The notes under the pieces: model-generated
Seen by the model: the letters and a program-made list of their open reading frames with translations, nothing else
Told to the model about the DNA's origin: nothing
Databases searched by the model: none
Source of the DNA: Guillardia theta CCMP2712
Taxonomy: Eukaryota; Protista; Cryptophyta
Reading direction: 5' to 3'
DNA: 64,000 bases
NCBI RefSeq assembly: GCF_000315625.1
Contig: NW_005434590.1
Coordinates: 293,793 to 357,792, forward strand
Made by a program: the position numbers and the translations under genes
Shown here: positions 30,746 to 42,500 of the stretch, in pieces
Position numbering within the stretch: position 1 is the stretch's first letter
How the letters are laid out: each line of letters starts with the position of its first letter

Positions 30746-32638
30746 ATGGCTTTGGGGGGAAGCTGCTTGCGCATACGAGGAGGGGATGCTAGGGAGGGAG
30801 GACGAGGTAATATCTCGAGTGGAGTCAAGGAAAGAAACAAAGGGGCGGGCAAGAGGCGGCGGGTGTGCTACTCTGGAATGAATGTGAGTAGGCAGTCTGC
30901 CGAGACTGAGGTAGAAGGAGAGGTCAAGCCTGTAGGAACAGGTATCAAGGGGGTAGAAGCAAAGATGGACCTTGTGGAAAAAAACATCCAGGATGTACTG
31001 CATGAGATCAGATATGAACAGGATCCCACGATGAAGACCGCCCTTGTCAGGAGACTCGAGCAACTTGGAGAAAAAGAACTTATCCTTTTGAGACAGAGCA
31101 CCGGACCCCATGTGCCACCGATTGCTTGGAACGAGTCAGATGCAAGACTGGATCGGATGGGCTTTTGCAACGACGACAAGTACTTTCGTCTCGATGCATC
31201 CTACCTACAAAGAGACGGAGAGCTCCTTCTCTACTGCCGGGAAGCTTTCAAGAGTCAGCTCTGCTTCTTGAGGGAGAAGGTGGTGGAGCAGCGAGCTTTT
31301 GGCTGGATCAAAGGCCCGCCGGGAACGGGGAAGACGACGACGACGCTAGCCTTCTGCTTGTCTCTTGACATGAGGGAATGGAGCGTAACGCTCATCAGGC
31401 TGCATATATCCGACGACGTTGATTGCATCCGAATCGTCGGTGGTAGGAGGAGATGGTGCAGGATTCCCAAGCGCTCCTCATGGGAAGGGATCAACAGAAT
31501 GCTGGAAGAATGGCAGGACTACAAGAAGGGTTTGGTGGTCCTGGACGGGTTCTTGAGGCATGAGTCACACCACGTAGACTTTTTGGACGCATGTAGGAAA
31601 TGGCTGCTAGCTGATCGAGAGAATCGACGGGTTGTAGTAGCGACATCGATGTCTTCTCGAGGAAAGTCACGACTAGAAGATGACAATCGGGTGAATCTCC
31701 AACAACACACCGTTGTATCTTGGACGGAGAGAGAGTACCTGAAAGCAGTGGAGTGGGACGTTTTCTATCAGCGTGTAGCATGCATGCTGGAGGAGGATGA
31801 AAGTGCGGCGAGCATGGGCTTGAAGACATGGAAGAAGAACAGGTCTAGACGAGAGAAGATCAAGCTGAAATACTACCTGGCTGGCGGCTCATGTCGGTTC
31901 ATGTTCGAGACGCCCGCATCATTGGTGAAAGAGAGGCTGGATGAAGCTTTGAGTTTCTGTTCAAACCTAGAAGTCGTCTTCAGTGGCATCGTGGGCGACT
32001 CATCACCGCAGGCGGTAAACCACTTGATTGCGTGCTTCAAGTACAACGGGGAATCGAACTGGATGCCTGTGAGCAAGTATGTCGCGACGAAGCTTGCAGA
32101 AGCGGCAGAACTAGACACGCTGAAGAGGCTGTTCTCAAGGTACGGGGCAAGCAATCCGACTACAAGGGGCTTGCTTTTCGAGCTTTTCTTTTTCAAGAAG
32201 ATCAAGCTCGGGCTGAGCCTGAGGTATCGGGGATCTCAAGAGGTCAGGCAATGGGAGGGATGTCCAGTCATCACCTTTGATGCAAAGGGAGGCATGCAAA
32301 CGCTTCCTGCAGAGAGAACTTGCTTGAAGCCCGTCAACCCCCTTCAAGGAGGCTACGACGCTATCATAGTAGAGCCTCGCGGGAAGTTAGTAGAGTTTGT
32401 GCAGGTGACAGAGGCAGACGTCCACTCTTTCAAGCTGGCTTTCTTCGCAGAGGCTCTCACGGGGCTAGGCATCCCAGCAGCTGGATGGAAGGTGAGGGTG
32501 GTGTTCATGGTGCCGCAAGACAGGCTCGAGAGCTTTCGGATAGGCAAAATCAAGGGCTGCGGTGCGCTGGAGGAGTACGGATGGAAGGGAGGGCAGGAAG
32601 AAAGGCAGGCAGAGGTAGCGGGTATGGATATCGCGTGA
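30746..32638 (+). CDS. Crinkler/RHS-like P-loop NTPase + PD-(D/E)xK-fold endonuclease (true start uncertain)
   Basis: Walker A GPPGTGKT, Walker B VVLDG, AGGSCR, G.LFE, QGGYDA...FVQVT...H: CR-NTPase + CR-REase pattern. Confidence 0.85.
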   Translation: MALGGSCLRIRGGDAREGGRGNISSGVKERNKGAGKRRRVCYSGMNVSRQSAETEVEGEVKPVGTGIKGVEAKMDLVEKNIQDVLHEIRYEQDPTMKTALVRRLEQLGEKELILLRQSTGPHVPPIAWNESDARLDRMGFCNDDKYFRLDASYLQRDGELLLYCREAFKSQLCFLREKVVEQRAFGWIKGPPGTGKTTTTLAFCLSLDMREWSVTLIRLHISDDVDCIRIVGGRRRWCRIPKRSSWEGINRMLEEWQDYKKGLVVLDGFLRHESHHVDFLDACRKWLLADRENRRVVVATSMSSRGKSRLEDDNRVNLQQHTVVSWTEREYLKAVEWDVFYQRVACMLEEDESAASMGLKTWKKNRSRREKIKLKYYLAGGSCRFMFETPASLVKERLDEALSFCSNLEVVFSGIVGDSSPQAVNHLIACFKYNGESNWMPVSKYVATKLAEAAELDTLKRLFSRYGASNPTTRGLLFELFFFKKIKLGLSLRYRGSQEVRQWEGCPVITFDAKGGMQTLPAERTCLKPVNPLQGGYDAIIVEPRGKLVEFVQVTEADVHSFKLAFFAEALTGLGIPAAGWKVRVVFMVPQDRLESFRIGKIKGCGALEEYGWKGGQEERQAEVAGMDIA

Positions 32639-34019
32639 GCTCAAACCGGCGTTAGCAAGGATGAGCCGGGGAGGCGTGTGGTAGGCGAGGCAAAGATCCG
32701 ACAAGAAGCGGCGGCTGGTCGTCAAGGGGCTGGGAAGACGATCAGGCTGATATCTGCAGGATGAGATCGACATGCTGTGGAACAGACTTGCAGGGGTAGT
32801 GTGTAGAGGTTGAAAGGCAACCTAGTTGATCACTTTCATGTTGTACTTGATCAACCGTGTCATGATGGGAGGTAGTGCAACGTGTAATACGCTCATACAA
32901 CTACTTGCGCTTACTTGATTTCCAAGTGTTTCCATCGCCATGTGCAACTTTCAAAAGCCATCACGATGCGATTTCCTCTGATCTCCTTGTTGAAGCAAGG
33001 TGAAGTAATGAAGAAAGAAGCTTTCTGCAGTGTCCAAAAAGGTTGCCTTGACCTATTTACCTGTCTCACTCTTCTTCAAAACAAGGTGATTGTGTGTGTG
33101 AGGGCTCAGTCTCAAATGCTTGGCAGCAGCCTGAAGCAGCATTTTACTCGCTTCCTTGCCCATAATGTTGAAGCAGATGTAGCAACTTCAAAACCAGTCC
33201 ATCATCTTCAATACCGGTCCATCATCTTCAAAACCAGTCCATCACATTTGCATCCTCATGGTGTCTGGTGCCTCCTGGCACACAGTTCCTTAAGAGGGCG
33301 TGAGCAACTATAGGAGGGGACCATCGACGACCACAACGTTGCATGTCATCATCCAACACTGCAACCATCTGTCTTCATCTGCCCCTCAACATCAGATGCG
33401 GGACTAAAGAGTGCAGAGTCCAACCATGCAGCTTACAGGTTACATGGGTCTCCTCGTTGCATCATTTGATAACTAAGAGCGACTCATGACTCTCTGCTGC
33501 ATCCCGTCGCCATCTCACTCCGCCATGGCTGAGGTCTAGCAACAAGCAGCTCTTGCCCATGCCATGATCTTGTCAGCGATGAAAGCCATCAACGATGACG
33601 CATGAGGGACCTGAAGAGTAAAAGTATCACGCTCATCAGCTACACGTTCTGATCATACGAGCATTCGTCTCTCCTTTGCTTGTAACATACATGGCTCAAG
33701 TACCCTACCCCCTCTGACGACCCCTAGCGAGTACCGAATACCCCCTCGCGGGTGTGCTGGATGGCAGAGCAGGAGTCGGCAAGGCTGACAAGGAGCCGCT
33801 TGCTGAGGTCAAGATGCGCAGCCCGCAGAGAGAAGCAAGAGGGAGAGGAGCGAGGGCTATGGGCAGGGCTGTAGGCTTGATAGGCTTGAGCTCCATCATC
33901 ATCTCGAGCGCGGTGGTGAGGAGCGACCTGAGGGTTGGAGGGAAGGTTTTTCTGAGCTGTGCTTGTAACAGGGAGCGTCATTTCCATGTCCTGGGCGATG
34001 TGCTGACTACAATCTGAGG

Positions 34020-35954
34020 ATGGCTTTGGGGGGAAGCTGCTTGCGCATACGAGGAGGGGATGCTAGGGAGGGAGGACGAGGTAATATCTCGAGTGGAGTC
34101 AAGGAAAGAAACAAAGGGGCGAGCAAGAGGCGGCGGGTGTGCTACTCTGGAATGAATGTGAGTAGGCAGTCTGCCGAGACTGAGGTAGAAGGAGAGATCG
34201 AGCTTGTGGAAGCAGATATCAAGGGGGTAGAAGCGAAGATGAAGCTTGTGGAAAAAAACATCCAGGATGTACTGCATGAGATCAGATATGAACAGGATCC
34301 CACGATGAAAACCGCCCTTGTCAGGAGACTCGAGCAACTTGGAGAAGACAAGAAGCAGCTTGGAGAAGAAAAGAAGCAGCTTGGAGAAAAAGAACTTATC
34401 CTTTTGAGACAGAGCACCGGACCCCATGTGCCACCGATTGCTTGGAACGAGTCAGATGCAAGACTGGATCGGATGGGCTTTTGCAACGACGACAAGTACT
34501 TTCGTCTCGATGCATCCTACCTACAAAGAGACGGAGAGCTCCTTCTCTACTGCCGGGAAGCTTTCAAGAGTCAGCTCTGCTTCTTGAGGGAGAAGGTGGT
34601 GGAGCAGCGAGCTTTTGGCTGGATCAAAGGCCCGCCGGGAACGGGGAAGACGACGACGACGCTAGCCTTCTGCTTGTCTCTTGACATGAGGGAATGGAGC
34701 GTAACGCTCATCAGGCTGCATATATCCGACGACGTTGATTGCATCCGAATCGTCGGTGGTAAGAGGAGATGGTGCAGGATTCCCAAGCGCTCCTCATGGG
34801 AAGGGATCAACAGAATGCTGGAAGAATGGCAGGACTACAAGAAGGGTTTGGTGGTCCTGGACGGGTTCTTGAGGCATGAGTCACACCACGTAGACTTTTT
34901 GGACGCATGTAGGAAATGGCTGCTAGCTGATCGAGAGAATCGACGGGTTGTAGTAGCGACATCGATGTCTTCTCGAGGAAAGAAGAATGACCCTGAAGAC
35001 GATGAAGTGAATCTCCAACAACACACCGTTGTATCTTGGACGGAGAGAGAGTACCTGAAAGCAGTGGAGTGGGACGTTTTCTATCAGCGTGTAGCATGCA
35101 TGCTGGAGGAGGATGAAAGTGCGGCGAGCATGGGCTTGAAGACATGGAAGAGGAACAGGTCTAGACGAGAGAAGATCAAGCTGAAATACTACCTGGCAGG
35201 CGGCTCATGTCGGTACATGTTCGAGACGCCCGCATCATTGGTGAAAGAGAGGCTGGATGAAGCTTTGAGTTTCTGTTCAAACCTAGAAGTCGTCTTCAGT
35301 GGCATCGTGGGCGACTCATCACCGCAGGCGGTAAACCACTTGATTGCGTGCTTCAAGTACAACGGGGAATCGAACTGGATGCCTGTGAGCAAGTATGTCG
35401 CGACGAAGCTTGCAGAAGCGGCAGAACTAGACACGCTGAAGAGGCTGTTCTCAAGGTACGGGGCAAGCAATCCGACTACAAGGGGCCATCTTTTCGAGCT
35501 TTTCTTTTTCAAGAAGATCAAGTGCGGGCTGAGCCTGAGGTATCGGGGATCTCAAGAGCTCACGCAATGGGAGGGATGTCCAGTCATCACCTTTGATGCA
35601 AAGGGAGGCATGCAAACGCTTCCTGCAGAGAGAACTTGCTTGAAGCCCGTCAACCCCCTTCAAGGAGGCTACGACGCTATCATAGTAGAGCCTCGCGGGA
35701 AGTTAGTAGAGTTTGTGCAGGTGACAGAGGCAGACGTCCACTCTTTCAAGCTGGCTTTCTTCGCAGAGGCTCTCATGGGGCTAGGCATCCCAGCAGCTGG
35801 ATGGAAGGTGAGGGTGGTGTTCATAGTGCCGCGAGACAGGCTCGAGAGCTTTCGGATAGGCAAAATCAAGGGCTGCGGTGCGCTGGAGGAGTACGGATGG
35901 AAGCGAGGGCAGGAAGAAAGGCAGGCAGAGGTAGCGGGTATGAATATCGCGTGA
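34020..35954 (+). CDS. Crinkler/RHS-like NTPase-REase paralogue
   Basis: Near-identical to 30746..32638. Confidence 0.85.
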   Translation: MALGGSCLRIRGGDAREGGRGNISSGVKERNKGASKRRRVCYSGMNVSRQSAETEVEGEIELVEADIKGVEAKMKLVEKNIQDVLHEIRYEQDPTMKTALVRRLEQLGEDKKQLGEEKKQLGEKELILLRQSTGPHVPPIAWNESDARLDRMGFCNDDKYFRLDASYLQRDGELLLYCREAFKSQLCFLREKVVEQRAFGWIKGPPGTGKTTTTLAFCLSLDMREWSVTLIRLHISDDVDCIRIVGGKRRWCRIPKRSSWEGINRMLEEWQDYKKGLVVLDGFLRHESHHVDFLDACRKWLLADRENRRVVVATSMSSRGKKNDPEDDEVNLQQHTVVSWTEREYLKAVEWDVFYQRVACMLEEDESAASMGLKTWKRNRSRREKIKLKYYLAGGSCRYMFETPASLVKERLDEALSFCSNLEVVFSGIVGDSSPQAVNHLIACFKYNGESNWMPVSKYVATKLAEAAELDTLKRLFSRYGASNPTTRGHLFELFFFKKIKCGLSLRYRGSQELTQWEGCPVITFDAKGGMQTLPAERTCLKPVNPLQGGYDAIIVEPRGKLVEFVQVTEADVHSFKLAFFAEALMGLGIPAAGWKVRVVFIVPRDRLESFRIGKIKGCGALEEYGWKRGQEERQAEVAGMNIA

Positions 35955-37075
35955 GCTCAAACCGGCGTTAGCAAGGATGAGCCGGGGAGGCGTGTGGTAG
36001 GCGAGGCAAAGATCCGACAAGAAGCGGCGGCTGGTCGTCAAGGGGCTGGGAAGACGATCAGGCTGATATCTGCAGGATGAGATCGACATGCTGTGGAACA
36101 GACTTGCAGGGGTAGTGTGTAGAGGTTGAAAGGCAACCTAGTTGATCACTTTCATGTTGTACTTGATCAACCGTGTCATGATGGGAGGTGGTGCAACGTG
36201 TAATACGCTCATACAACTACTTGCGCTTACTTGATTTCCAAGTGTTTCCATCGCCATGTGCAACTTTCAAAAGCCATCACGATGCGATTTCCTCTGATCT
36301 CCTTGTTGAAGCAAGGTGAAGTAATGAAGAAAGAAGCTTTCTGCAGTGTCCAAAAAGGTTGCCTTGACCTATTTACCTGTCTCACTCTTCAAAACAAGGT
36401 GATTGTGTGTGTGAGTGGGCTCAGTCTCAAATGCTTGGCAGCAGCCTGAAGCAGCATTTTACTCGCTTCCTTGCCCATAATGTTGAAGCAGATGTAAAAA
36501 CTTCAAAACCAGTCCATCATCTTCAAAACCAGTTCATCACATTTGCATCCTCATGGTGTCTGGTGCCTCCTGGCACACAGTTCCTTCAGAGGGCGTGAGC
36601 AACTATAGGAGGGGACCATCGACGACTACAACGTTGCATGTCATCTCTCAATCCGATCCGAACCTCCCCGCTTTCCTCTCATTGCAATTCATTGCCGACT
36701 GCAGAAGAGCTTTCAGGAGCAGCTGCATCTCCAAATAAACACATGTCTTGCCTTGCCTCTTTCATTTCTTTCATCACACTTGTATCATCACAACATAGTC
36801 TTGTTGTATGATTTGCTCTGACTCTTGTGTGTTGGGAACACGGTCCTCGACTTCTACGCTGGGAGCGCCGTTCTGGTACCGCGATCGTGTTCAAGTGTCC
36901 TGGTTCTCGCCGTGCGCTTCATCCACGAGTCATTGTATCAGTTGTGATCAGAAGCGTACAGTGTGGGTAGAGGAGAGGAGGTAGAGGAGAGGATGTGTGT
37001 GTGGAAGCAAGTAGAGGAGAGTAGGAGGTAGAGGAGATAATGTAGGTGAAACATATGTTTCCTTGATCAACATTC

Positions 37076-38338
37076 TCACTCCACAGTTATAAATCTTGCA
37101 ACAAGGCTGCAGCATTTTGTCGTTCTTTCCCTATTCCCATCTGAAGACTCGATCGAGTCTTGTGTGTGATCCGGTTTAACTGTCGTCCTATCCTTCTCCG
37201 GGTGCAACTCATTGCAAAACGTGATGTAACTCAGCTGTACCCTTCCATCGATGTTTCTGACCCGCTCTTGATACCAATACGTCATCATGTTCCTGACTGA
37301 TACTTTCTGTGGCCAATCGAAATCTGTAGCAACCATTTAGCGCTCTCCCCCCCCATTCGAACCAATCGCCCTCTACCTGGTCATCATTCAATGATTGTTC
37401 TTCACTATTCGACGACACATCTTCTTCCATGTCTGATCCTGATCTTGCTTCCGAGCTGTATATTTCCGAAAGCATTTTATTGTCTTGTGTTCATTCCCCC
37501 CATACACACCTCTGTTCGACCCAACTTCCGTCTCGCTCAGAATTGTTTGAATCCAAGGCAGATACCATGGTTTCATTTGGAGCCTCAGGTTCATTCACAA
37601 CGGCAAAGTTCATCCCTGTAATCCTTCTCATTTGCATCAACCAGGTGTGAACATTTCTGTTTCATGTTCTCCTCTCTGCTATGCAGCTTCATCCAAAATC
37701 TCGTGAAACCTTGCCGTGTTTGTTTTGGGTTCTTCTTCAGTGTCTTGTTCATTGTGAACATGCCTTCAATCTTGGATACTTTCGTCACCAGCTCCTTGAT
37801 AGTATGAATGATATCCGTCATTCTTGGAGCCCCATGTGCGAGCATGCCACACTCTTGGCAACTGTGAACCTTCAATACTACTTTGTAACCTAGCTGATTC
37901 AATCTACTCATCGTGTCGTCCAAACATGCCAAATAGCGGAATTTCCCATATGGAGTGCTGTGGATCAGGGAACCATGCTTGCAGAGTGGGACGATGATAC
38001 AAAATACTAGCCAGAAAGAAAGGAATACAATTTCTGTACCCCGCGGCAGTTCAATGAAACTCTTGATGAATTTGTCCCATCCTATTGCTTGTAACTCTCG
38101 CATCCCTTCGGGAGAAAAATCTGGTGGTAGCACAGCAAATTTGGCCGTGCTAGGATCGTTCCCTGCCAAACGTCTGCCACACATCTGATCGCCCCCTGCT
38201 CCTCCCACGATGTACCGGTCTTCTGTGTCACCTGTCAACCACAATAGTCAGCATAGTGCCAAGGAGAGCATCACATTCATGGATGACCTATCCTCCGGTT
38301 GGCTCGAATGCAAACAGTAGGCACTCCTGCATTGTATG
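37076..38338 (-). pseudogene. Degenerate Crypton-like tyrosine recombinase, 3' part
   Basis: With a GT..AG intron at about 38233-38290 it reads VCIRANRRIGDTEDRYIVGGAGGDQMCGRRLAG...FAVLPPDF, the Crypton C-terminal signature; DFDWP...WY further downstream; multiple frameshifts. Confidence 0.72.
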
Positions 38339-39226
38339 TATGCAGCCTGATGAGCGTTACGCTCCATCCCTCATGTCAAGAGACAAGCAAAAGCCTAGCG
38401 TCAGCCCAGGCGGAGTGAGATGGCGACGAGATGCAGAAGAGGGTCATGAGTCGCTCTTAGTTATCGAATGATGCAACGAGGAGACCCATGTAACCTGTAA
38501 GCTGCATGGTTGGACTCTGCACTCTTTAGTCCCGCATCTGATGTTGAGGGGCAGATGAAGACAGATGGTTGCAGTGTTGGATGATGACATGCAACGTTGT
38601 GGTCGTCGATGGTCCCCTCCTCACCATGAGGATGCAAATGTGATGGACTGGTTTTGAAGATGATGGGCTGGTTTTGAAGTTGCTACATCTGCTTCAACAT
38701 TATGGGCAAGGAAGCGAGTAAAATGCTGCTTCAGGCTGCTGCCAAGCATTTGAGACTGAGCCCTCACACACACAATCACCTTGTTTTGAAGAAGAGTGAG
38801 ACAGGTAAATAGGTCAAGGCAACCTTTTTGGACACTGCAGAAAGCTTCTTTCTTCATTACTTCACCTTGCTTCAACATGGAGATCAGAGGAAATCGCATC
38901 GTGATGGCTTTTGAAAGTTGCACATGGCGATGGAAACACTTGGAAATCAAGTAAGCGCAAGTAGTTGTATGAGCGTATTACACGTTGCACCACCTCCCAT
39001 CATGACACGGTTGATCAAGTACAACATGAAAGTGATCAACTAGGTTGCCTTTCAACCTCTACACACTACCCCTGCAAGTCTGTTCCACAGCATGTCGATC
39101 TCATCCTGCAGATATCAGCCTGATCGTCTTCCCAGCCCCTTGACGACCAGCCGCCGCTTCTTGTCGGATCTTTGCCTCGCCTACCACACGCCTCCCCGGC
39201 TCATCCTTGCTAACGCCGGTTTGAGC

Positions 39227-41119
39227 TCACGCGATATCCATACCCGCTACCTCTGCCTGCCTTTCTTCCTGCCCTCCCTTCCATCCGTACTTCTCCAGCG
39301 CACCGCAGCCCTTGATTTTGCCTATCCGAAAGCTCTCGAGCCTGTCTCGCGGCACCATGAACACCACCCTCACCTTCCATCCAGCTGCTGGGATGCCTAG
39401 CCCCGTGAGAGCCTCTGCGAAGAAAGCCAGCTTGAAAGAGTGGACGTCTGCCTCTGTCACCTGCACAAACTCTACTAACTTCCCGCGAGGCTCTACTATG
39501 ATAGCGTCGTAGCCTCCTTGAAGGGGGTTGACGGGCTTCAAGCAAGTTCTCTCTGCAGGAAGCGTTTGCATGCCTCCCTTTGCATCAAAGGTGATGACTG
39601 GACATCCCTCCCATTGCGTGAGCTCTTGAGATCCCCGATACCTCAGGCTCAGCCCGCACTTGATCTTCTTGAAAAAGAAAAGCTCGAAAAGATGGCCCCT
39701 TGTAGTCGGATTGCTTGCCCTGTACCTTGAGAACAGCCTCTTCAGCGTGTCTAGTTCTGCCGCTTCTGCAAGCTTCGTCGCGACATACTTGCTCACAGGC
39801 ATCCAGTTCGATTCCCCGTTGTACTTGAAGCACGCAATCAAGTGGTTTACCGCCTGCGGTGATGAGTCGCCCACGATGCCACTGAAGACGACTTCTAGGT
39901 TTGAACAGAAACTCAAAGCTTCATCCAGCCTCTCTTTCACCAATGATGCGGGCGTCTCGAACATGTACCGACATGAGCCGCCTGCCAGGTAGTATTTCAG
40001 CTTGATCTTCTCTCGTCTAGACCTGTTCCTCTTCCATGTCTTCAAGCCCATGCTCGCCGCACTTTCATCCTCCTCCAGCATGCATGCTACACGCTGATAG
40101 AAAACGTCCCACTCCACTGCTTCCAGGTACTCTCTCTCCGTCCAAGATACAACGGTGTGTTGTTGGAGATTCACCCGATTGTCATCTTCTAGTCGTGACT
40201 TTCCTCGAGAAGACATCGATGTCGCTACTACAACCCGTCGATTCTCTCGATCAGCTAGCAGCCATTTCCTACATGCGTCCAAAAAGTCTACGTGGTGTGA
40301 CTCATGCCTCAAGAACCCGTCCAGGACCACCAAACCCTTCTTGTAGTCCTGCCATTCTTCCAGCATTCTGTTGATCCCTTCCCATGAGGAGCGCTTGGGA
40401 ATCCTGCACCATCTCCTCTTACCACCGATGATTTGGATGCAATCAACGTCGTCGGATATATGCAGCCTGATGAGCGTTACGCTCCATTCCCTCATGTCAA
40501 GAGACAAGCAGAAGGCTAGCGTCGTCGTCGTCTTCCCCGTTCCCGGCGGGCCTTTGATCCAGCCAAAAGCTCGCTGCTCCACCACCTTCTCCCTCAAGAA
40601 GCAGAGCTGACTCTTGAAAGCTTCCCGGCAGTAGAGAAGGAGCTCTCCGTCTCTTTGTAGGTAGGATGCATCGAGACGAAAGTACTTGTCGTCGTTGCAA
40701 AAGCCCATCCGATCCAGTCTTGCATCTGACTCGTTCCAAGCAATCGGTGGCACATGGGGTCCGGTGCTCTGTCTCAAAAGGATAAGTTCTTTTTCTCCAA
40801 GCTGCTTCTTTTCCTCTCCAAGCTGCTTCTTTTCTTCTCCAAGCTGCTTCTTGTCTTCTCCAAGTTGCTCGAGTCTCCTGACAAGGGCGGTCTTCATCGT
40901 GGGATCCTGTTCATATCTGATCTCATGCAGTACATCCTGGATGTTTTTTTCCACCTCAGTCTCGGCAGACTGCCTACTCACATTCATTCCAGAGTAGCAC
41001 ACCCGCCGCCTCTTGCTCGCCCCTTTGTTTCTTTCCTTGACTCCACTCGAGATATTACCTCGTCCTCCCTCCCTAGCATCCCCTCCTCGTATGCGCAAGC
41101 AGCTTCCCCCCAAAGCCAT
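39227..41119 (-). CDS. Crinkler/RHS-like NTPase-REase paralogue
   Basis: Same motifs; 21-aa N-terminal deletion and three extra heptads. Confidence 0.85.
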   Translation of the reverse strand: MALGGSCLRIRGGDAREGGRGNISSGVKERNKGASKRRRVCYSGMNVSRQSAETEVEKNIQDVLHEIRYEQDPTMKTALVRRLEQLGEDKKQLGEEKKQLGEEKKQLGEKELILLRQSTGPHVPPIAWNESDARLDRMGFCNDDKYFRLDASYLQRDGELLLYCREAFKSQLCFLREKVVEQRAFGWIKGPPGTGKTTTTLAFCLSLDMREWSVTLIRLHISDDVDCIQIIGGKRRWCRIPKRSSWEGINRMLEEWQDYKKGLVVLDGFLRHESHHVDFLDACRKWLLADRENRRVVVATSMSSRGKSRLEDDNRVNLQQHTVVSWTEREYLEAVEWDVFYQRVACMLEEDESAASMGLKTWKRNRSRREKIKLKYYLAGGSCRYMFETPASLVKERLDEALSFCSNLEVVFSGIVGDSSPQAVNHLIACFKYNGESNWMPVSKYVATKLAEAAELDTLKRLFSRYRASNPTTRGHLFELFFFKKIKCGLSLRYRGSQELTQWEGCPVITFDAKGGMQTLPAERTCLKPVNPLQGGYDAIIVEPRGKLVEFVQVTEADVHSFKLAFFAEALTGLGIPAAGWKVRVVFMVPRDRLESFRIGKIKGCGALEKYGWKGGQEERQAEVAGMDIA

Positions 41120-42500
41120 CCTCAGATTGTAGTCAGCACATCGCCCAGGACATGGAAATGACGCTCCCTGTTACAAGCACAGCTCAGAAAAACCTTCCCT
41201 CCAACCCTCAGGTCGCTCCTCACCACCGCGCTCGAGATGATGATGGAGCTCAAGCCTATCAAGCCTACAGCCCTGCCCATAGCCCTCGCTCCTCTCCCTC
41301 TTGCTTCTCTCTGCGGGCTGCGCATCTTGACCTCAGCAAGCGGCTCCTTGTCAGCCTTGCCGACTCCTGCTCTGCCATCCAGCGCACCCGCGAGGGGGTA
41401 TTCGGTACTCGCTAGGGGTCGTCAGAGGGGGTAGGGTACTTGAGCCATGTATGTTACAAGTAGAGGAGAGACGAATGCTCGTATGATCAGAACGTGTAGC
41501 TGATGAGCGTGATACTTTTACTCTTCAGGTCCCTCATGCGTCATCGTTGATGGCTTTCATCGCTGACAAGATCATAGCATGGGCAAGAGCTGCTTGTTGC
41601 TAGACCTCAGCCATGGCGGAGTGAGATGGCGACGGGATGCAGCAGAGAGTCATGAGTCGCTCTTAGTTATCGAATGATGCAACGAGGAGACCCATGTAAC
41701 CTGTAAGCTGCATGGTTGGACTCTGCACTCTTTAGTCCCGCATCTGATGTTGAGGGGCAGATGAAGACAGATGGTTGCAGTGTTGGATGATGACATGCAG
41801 TGTTGGATGATGACATGCAACGTTGTGGTCGTCGATGGTCCCCTCCTATAGTTGCTCACGCCCTCTGAAAGAACACACCATGAGGATGCAAATGTGATGG
41901 ACCGGTTTTGAAGATGATGGACCGGTATTGAAGATGATGGACTGGTTTTGAAGTTGCTACATCTGCTTCAACATTATGGGCAAGGAAGCGAGTAAAATGC
42001 TGCTTCAGGCTGCTGCCAAGCATTTGAGACTGAGCCCTCACACACACAATCACCTTGTTTTGAAGAAGAGTGAGACAGGTAAATAGGTCAAGGCAACCTT
42101 TTTGGACACTGCAGAAAGCTTCTTTCTTCATTACTTCACCTTGCTTCAACAAGGAGATCAGAGGAAATCGCATCGTGATGGCTTTTGAAAGTTGCACATG
42201 GCGATGGAAACACTTGGAAATCAAGTAAGCGCAAGTAGTTGTATGAGCGTATTACACGTTGCACCACCTCCCATCATGACACGGTTGATCAAGTACAACA
42301 TGAAAGTGATCAACTAGGTTGCCTTTCAACCTCTACACACTACCCCTGCAAGTCTGTTCCACAGCATGTCGATCTCATCCTGCAGATATCAGCCTGATCG
42401 TCTTCCCAGCCCCTTGACGACCAGCCGCCGCTTCTTGTCGGATCTTTGCCTCGCCTACCACACGCCTCCCCGGCTCATCCTTGCTAACGCCGGTTTGAGC

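Larger units (their letters stand above)
30016..36643 (+). repeat. Plus-strand arm of the ~3.3 kb tandem array (units 30016-33348 and 33349-36643)
   Basis: Near-identical head-to-tail units with junction TGTCA|TCATCC. Confidence 0.92.
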
